Source of the DNA: Lama guanicoe
Taxonomy: Eukaryota
Reading direction: 5' to 3'
Assembly: GCA_013239625.1 (NCBI GenBank)
Contig: MU053472.1
Coordinates: forward strand, 3,705,410-3,769,409
DNA: 64,000 nucleotides
Shown: positions 58,800 to 64,000 of the stretch, one piece after another
Numbering within the stretch: position 1 is the first letter of the stretch
Layout of the letters: every line of letters starts with the position of its first letter
The notes under the pieces: model-generated
The model's database searches: none
Told to the model about the DNA's origin: nothing
Seen by the model: only the letters and a program-made list of their open reading frames with translations
Position numbers and translations under genes: made by a program

Positions 58800-60700
58800 T
58801 TCTCTCTTCTCCAGTTGACACCTTTCCTTCTCTCTCTTAATTCTCAGCTCTGACCTTATTTCTTATTTGACTGAGAAAACAGAAGCAGCTAGAAGAGAAC
58901 TTGCCTATCTTTCTACCAACAAATCTGTCAGTCTACCACCTGTGTAACCCTACACTCTGCCTTTCCTCCTGCTCCAGAGGAAAAAGGCCAGTCCTTCCAT
59001 TTGTGTACAAAATCCCATCCCCTTTTGTGTACTCACCGATTTAGCAGTTACCGTTACCCCGTTGCTCTTCAATAATCACATTTACCTTTTATGTTAGATA
59101 ATTCCCGTCAACATACATACATGCCGACATAGGTTCTATTAAAAGTAATTCCCCTCGCCTTTCCTTCATACTTTCATCAAGCTGATGCTCCATTTTTCTG
59201 TTCCCCTTAGAGAAAAGCTCCTTGAAACCATACCCTTATCTCAGCCAGGTTTTCCAGTTAGGTTTTCATTCTTGCTACTCGACTGGTGGTGCTCTGGTTG
59301 AGGTTTCCTGTTTCCACCCTGTTGCCCCAGTTCCCATTTTACTCTGCTTCAGCTGCGTCTGGCTTGTATTGTTTGTTCGTTATTTTACAAGGGGAAGGTA
59401 ATTAGGTTTCTTCATTGATTTCCGCTTGGAGAAGGTACTGCGGATTGAACCCAGGACCTCCTGGGTGCTAAGCATGCGCTCTACCACTTGAGCCATAGCC
59501 TTCCTCCCTCAGCTGCATTTGAACAGACTGCCTCAACCTTCCTGAAGTACTTTCTTCACCTGGCTTCTGGAGCATCACGCTTTCCTGGTTCTCCTTCAGC
59601 CTCAGTGGCCACTCCATAGTTTCTTTTACTGCAACTTCTTTATCTTCCCTGTCTTCTAAATATTGATGAGTCCCAGAGCTCGATTCTTGGACCTCTCTTC
59701 TTTTCTCTCTATTCAATTCCTAGGTTACCTCAGCAAATCTCATTGCTTTGATCATCTTTATAGTGATGACGTCTAAATTTTATCTTAAGTCTCAGTCTTG
59801 TCTGAACTTCCACCTGGGCATACCTTATTTCCTGTGCTTTGTCTGGGTGTCCGATAGTGTCCCAAATGCAATAAAACCCCACCCTTTCCCCAGCCTTACT
59901 TATTTCAGGAAATAGTATTTCTGGTCACCTCTAGTCAATCGGAAATCTTGAAATCTTCCTTGACTCTCTTCTCTCACATCCCACATCCAACCCATGAGCA
60001 AATCCTGTCAGCTCTATCTCAGTGTAGACCAGAATCTGAGCATTTCTCATCACCTGTACATGCTCTCACCATGGTCCAAGCCACGACCACCTCCTACCTT
60101 GATCTTTCTGCTTCCTCTGTGTGCCCCTACAATTTTTTCTCTACATAGCAATCAGAGTGATCCTTTTAAATTATTTCCCTGTTTTAAATTTTTTTAGTGG
60201 TTTTCCATCATAGTTAGAATAAAATCTAAAAATCCTTATTATATTTGGCCCCTGGCAACTGTTCTGACTTTATCTCCTACCACCTTCCATCTTCTCATCT
60301 ATTCCAGCCACAGCAGGCTATTCGGTATTCTTTGAGCAGGCCAAGCCTTCACACTTGCTGTTCTCTCTGCCTGAAATGTTCTTCACCTTGTTATGCACAT
60401 GCTTGTTCCTTCATTTCATTCAGTTCTCTACCCAAATGCCAGCTCATCATAGGAACCTTTGTGACCGTGCAGTTTGTTACAGCACACTGTTCCCCATGTC
60501 CTGCCCTCCCTCAGTCCCTATTCTTTATTTTTCTTTTTCTTTTATAGTGTTTATCACTACATAACATTTTTATACTTTTTATTTTTCTCCCCTTCTAAAA
60601 GGTCAGTTACATGAGAGCAAGGATTTTGTTTTTGTTCATTGCTGAATCTCTAGCACCTGGAATATTACCTGTGGCACTCGATGTTTGCTGAATGAATGAA
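58800..60700 (+). mobile_element. LINE-2 3' fragment, interrupted by a SINE
   Basis: Pyrimidine-rich L2-type sequence ending in TGAATGAATGAA at about 60690-60700. Confidence 0.75.
59362..59508 (-). mobile_element. tRNA-derived SINE (Vic-1-like) inserted in an L2
   Basis: Reverse complement of the same SINE; flanking repeat TCAGCTGC at 59349 and 59509. Confidence 0.85.
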
Positions 60701-61391
60701 TTACCTTTTCTTCCATCAGATACACTGTTGTCTGACTGATACACATTTTAAAAAATCCTTGAAAAAAAGCAGTCTTTAAAAATTGTAGTAAAATACATAT
60801 AACATAGTTTACCATCTTAACCGTTTTTAAGTGTGTAGTTCAGTGACATTAAGCACATCCACGTTGTTCTGCTACCATCACCAGGACCCATCTCCAGAAC
60901 TCCTTTCATCTCGGTTAACTGAAACTCTGTGGTCGTTAAACAATTCCTATTCCTCTCCTCCCCCCAGTCCCCAGAAAACCACTATTTTACTTTCTGTCTC
61001 TATGAGCCATCTTTTAACTAGCCACCAAAAGATACGTTTTGAACATTTGGGGAGTCAAACCACCCCCCAGGTTTCTTTTCATGAGTGCTTTTTGACAGCT
61101 GCCCTGGGGTTAATTCTGTGCTAGGTACAGCGGGGGCACACACGTGGTGTCCTCTACAGGTCTGCTCTGCTGTAGCTGGGAACTGCCTGTGTCTTACTAC
61201 AGGTAATCATTCGGTATCTTGTTACTATGTTCTGACATTGAAAACAGATATGAGTTTGGTTATGAGTTTTATTTTTAATAGCCATTTTCTGCTTTCCTCT
61301 TCTTTTTGTATGATCATTCAAACTGATAGGAGAATATACATTTTTAGGTGAAATTCACATAACATAAAATTAACCATTTTAAAGTGAGTTC

Positions 61392-61453
61392 AAATTTGAC
61401 ACAACATTGTAAAATGACTGTAACTCAATAAAAAAATGTTAAAAAATAAAAAT
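61392..61453 (+). mobile_element. Very short 3' tip of the same young LINE-1 family
   Basis: AATTTGACACAACATTGTAAAATGA is shared with the element at 62463-62731; flanking repeat AAAGTGAG at 61381 and 61454. Confidence 0.75.
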
Positions 61454-62462
61454 AAAGTGAGAAGTTCAGAGGCATTTAGGGTATTCACAATGTTGATACA
61501 ACCTCTACTTCTACCTAGTTTACAAACATTTACATCACTCCGAAAGAAAATCCTATATTCATTAAGCAGTTGCTCCCTGTTCCTTCTTCCCCCAAGCCAC
61601 TGGCAACCACCAATCTGTGTTCTGTCTCTATGGATTTACCTACTCTGGATATTTCATATAAATGAAATCATACAATATGCGACCACCTGTGTTTGGTTTA
61701 TTTCACTTAGTGTAATGTTTTTCAGGTTCATCTACATGGTAGCATGTGTATCCGAACTTCATTCCTTTTTATGGCTAAATAATATTCCATTGTATGTATA
61801 TACCACAATTTGTTTATCCGTTCATCTTTGCTGATAGGCATTTGGGCTGTTTCTACCTTTGGCTGTTGTGAATAGTGCTGCTTTGAACATACATGTACAT
61901 GTATTTGTTTTTTTCCTGTTTTGTTTATTTGTTTTTAGTGTGTTTTTTAATTGAAATTTTATTGATTTAATTCTAGATTCACATGTAGTTTTAAGAAACA
62001 ATACAGAGGGCCTGGTTTCCCCAGGAGTCTTTTGTAAAACAGTAGTATAATAACACAACCAGGATATTGATGACATTGATACGCTCCACCTGTCTTATTC
62101 AGATTTCCCCTGTTTTATTTGCACTCATTTGTGTGTGTGTTTGTAGGTTTGTGTAATTTATCATTACAGTCAAGATACTGAGCAACTCCAACATCATAAC
62201 AATATCTCCTGTTTCCTTTTAAAAACTCCCCCTCTACTGTGCCTTAACAATTTTCCTAACCCCCAGCAATCATTAATCTGTTCTCTATTTCTAAAATTTG
62301 TCTTTTCAAAACGTTATATAAATAGAATCATACAGTATGTAACTTTTTGGGATTGGCTTTTTTCACTCAGCATAATTCCCTGTAGATTCATCCAAGTTGT
62401 TTTGTGTAGTGACAGTTTGTTCCTTTCTATTGGATTGTTTTAAAGATCCCCAGGTGATTTCT

Positions 62463-62731
62463 TAGACTCATAGACATAGAATACAAACTTGTGGTTGCCA
62501 AGGGGGCGGATGGTGGGAAGGGATAGACGGGATTTCAAAATTGTAGAATAGATAAACAAGATTATACTGTATAGCACAGGGAAATATGCACAAGATCTTA
62601 TGGTAGCTCACAGAGAAAAAAATGTGACAATGAATATATATATGTTCATGTATGACTGAAAAATTGTGCTCTACACTGGAATTTGACACAACATTGTAAA
62701 ATGATAATAAATCAATAAAAAATTTAAAAAA
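62463..62731 (+). mobile_element. Young 5'-truncated LINE-1 3' end with 21-bp target-site duplication
   Basis: L1 3' UTR-like sequence, AATAAA and A tail; perfect repeat AAAGATCCCCAGGTGATTTCT at 62442-62462 and 62732-62752. Confidence 0.85.
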
Positions 62732-64000
62732 AAAGATCCCCAGGTGATTTCTATGTGCAGCAAGGTTTAGAAACCACTGGCTTCATTTATTAGCCATATA
62801 GTTTAGAGATTCTTCCAGTCATCTGTTTACTTCTCAGGATTAATTAGATGACCTTCTAGTAATTCATTTTAGTTAGTTGAAAAAAAGATACTATATACAT
62901 ATAAGATATGACTGTAATCATTATTATTACTGTCATTTAGATTGTAAGGAAGCCATTTTTAAAGTAAAATATACCTAACATAAAATTTACCTTTTTAACC
63001 ATTTTAAGTGTGCAGTTCAGTGACATTAAGTACATTCACATTGATACACTACCATCACCACCATCCATCTCCAGAACTTTTTTCATCTTCCCAAACTGAA
63101 ATTCCATATTCATTGCATCCTTCCCTGCAGCCCCTGGCAACTACCATTCTTCTTTCTGTCTCTATGAATTTGACTACTCTAGGTACGTTATATAAGTGGA
63201 ATCACACAGTATTTGTCCTTTTCTGAGTGACTTATTTCAATTAGCATGATGTCTTGAAAGCTCATTCATGTTGGAGCATGTGTCAGAATTTCCTTCCTTC
63301 TTATGGTTGAATAATATTCTATTGTATGTATCTACTACATTTCATTTATCCATTCAACCATCAATGGACACTTGGATTGCTTTCAGCTTTTGGCTATTGT
63401 GAATAATGCTGCCATGATCGTGGTTATACAAGGAGCCAGTTTTAAGTGATGAGCTGATGGTCTGTTCTCCCTCTGTAAGATGCTTATGTGGATAAATTGC
63501 TTGGTCTTTATGGATAGGTTTTAGTGTATCTCCCCAGATGAGCCAGTACCTTTCTTTAGTGATTGATCTTCCTTTTACAAAATATGGCAAAAAAAATTAG
63601 GTACTGTTCCAGTTGCTCTCTTGATTTTCTCAAAGGTGGTGGTAGAATTATTTTACTGTATCAGTTCTCTTGCCCAGGCTGTTGATCAATCCCTCAGAGG
63701 CTGTGTTCTACAAATATAGTAACAAAAGTCTCTGTATATCTAGCAGGGAATAAAGGACTCATTAGTTTAGTTTAGTTTAACTCCAAAATACTACTAGGAC
63801 AAAACTGTAAGCTTAAAAACCAACCTGAAAAAGGCTCTCTGTTCATATTATTTTACAAGTTGTAAAGTAATGAGATTGAATATAGAAGACGCATTAGGAT
63901 CCTTTGAGTTCTGCCTGTGTTACTCAGATAGGCCATTTAACTCTATTTCTATGCATGGTCTTAGTTTTTTGTATTACAGGACCTAGTACCTGAGCTGAGA

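Larger units (their letters stand above)
60775..63420 (-). mobile_element. Cluster of old LINE-1 3' fragments (about 60775-61005, 61340-61900, 61940-62430, 62955-63420)
   Basis: Repeated L1M 3' UTR motifs (AACATAAAATTTACC..TTTTAAGTGT..AGTTCAGTG.CATTAAG). Confidence 0.75.

Noticed and set aside
1..64000. CRISPR arrays, operons, rRNA, or intact transposase/retroviral ORFs
   Set aside because: None seen; the sequence is intron-rich mammalian DNA and all mobile elements are non-coding relics.

Overview
Mammalian genomic DNA, very probably a camelid (three tRNA-derived SINEs of the Vic-1 type). It holds three tandem + strand genes in the known order SEPTIN4 - MTMR4 - HSF5. SEPTIN4 is complete: two alternative first coding exons, a 477-aa main product, and an intact ARTS-type intron read-through tail. 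MTMR4 is complete: two promoters, 1196/1210-aa products, an HCSDGWDRT phosphatase motif, a PPxY motif and a FYVE domain. HSF5 has coding exons 1-5 here and its last exon lies beyond the window. The most striking anomaly is in HSF5 exon 1. About 38 codons that include the DNA-recognition helix are missing at 36370/36372, with a frameshift, while all downstream exons are intact, so this is either an assembly error or a recent null allele. Other oddities: an overlapping uORF at the MTMR4 long-isoform start, an LTR-like 3' fragment with L1-type hallmarks, an apparently permuted SINE, young truncated L1 insertions and several short tandem duplications. I found no evidence of a wholly new biological system. 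Exon boundaries were read by hand from splice sites and phase continuity. Orthologue and repeat-family comparisons are from memory, and repeat boundaries are approximate.
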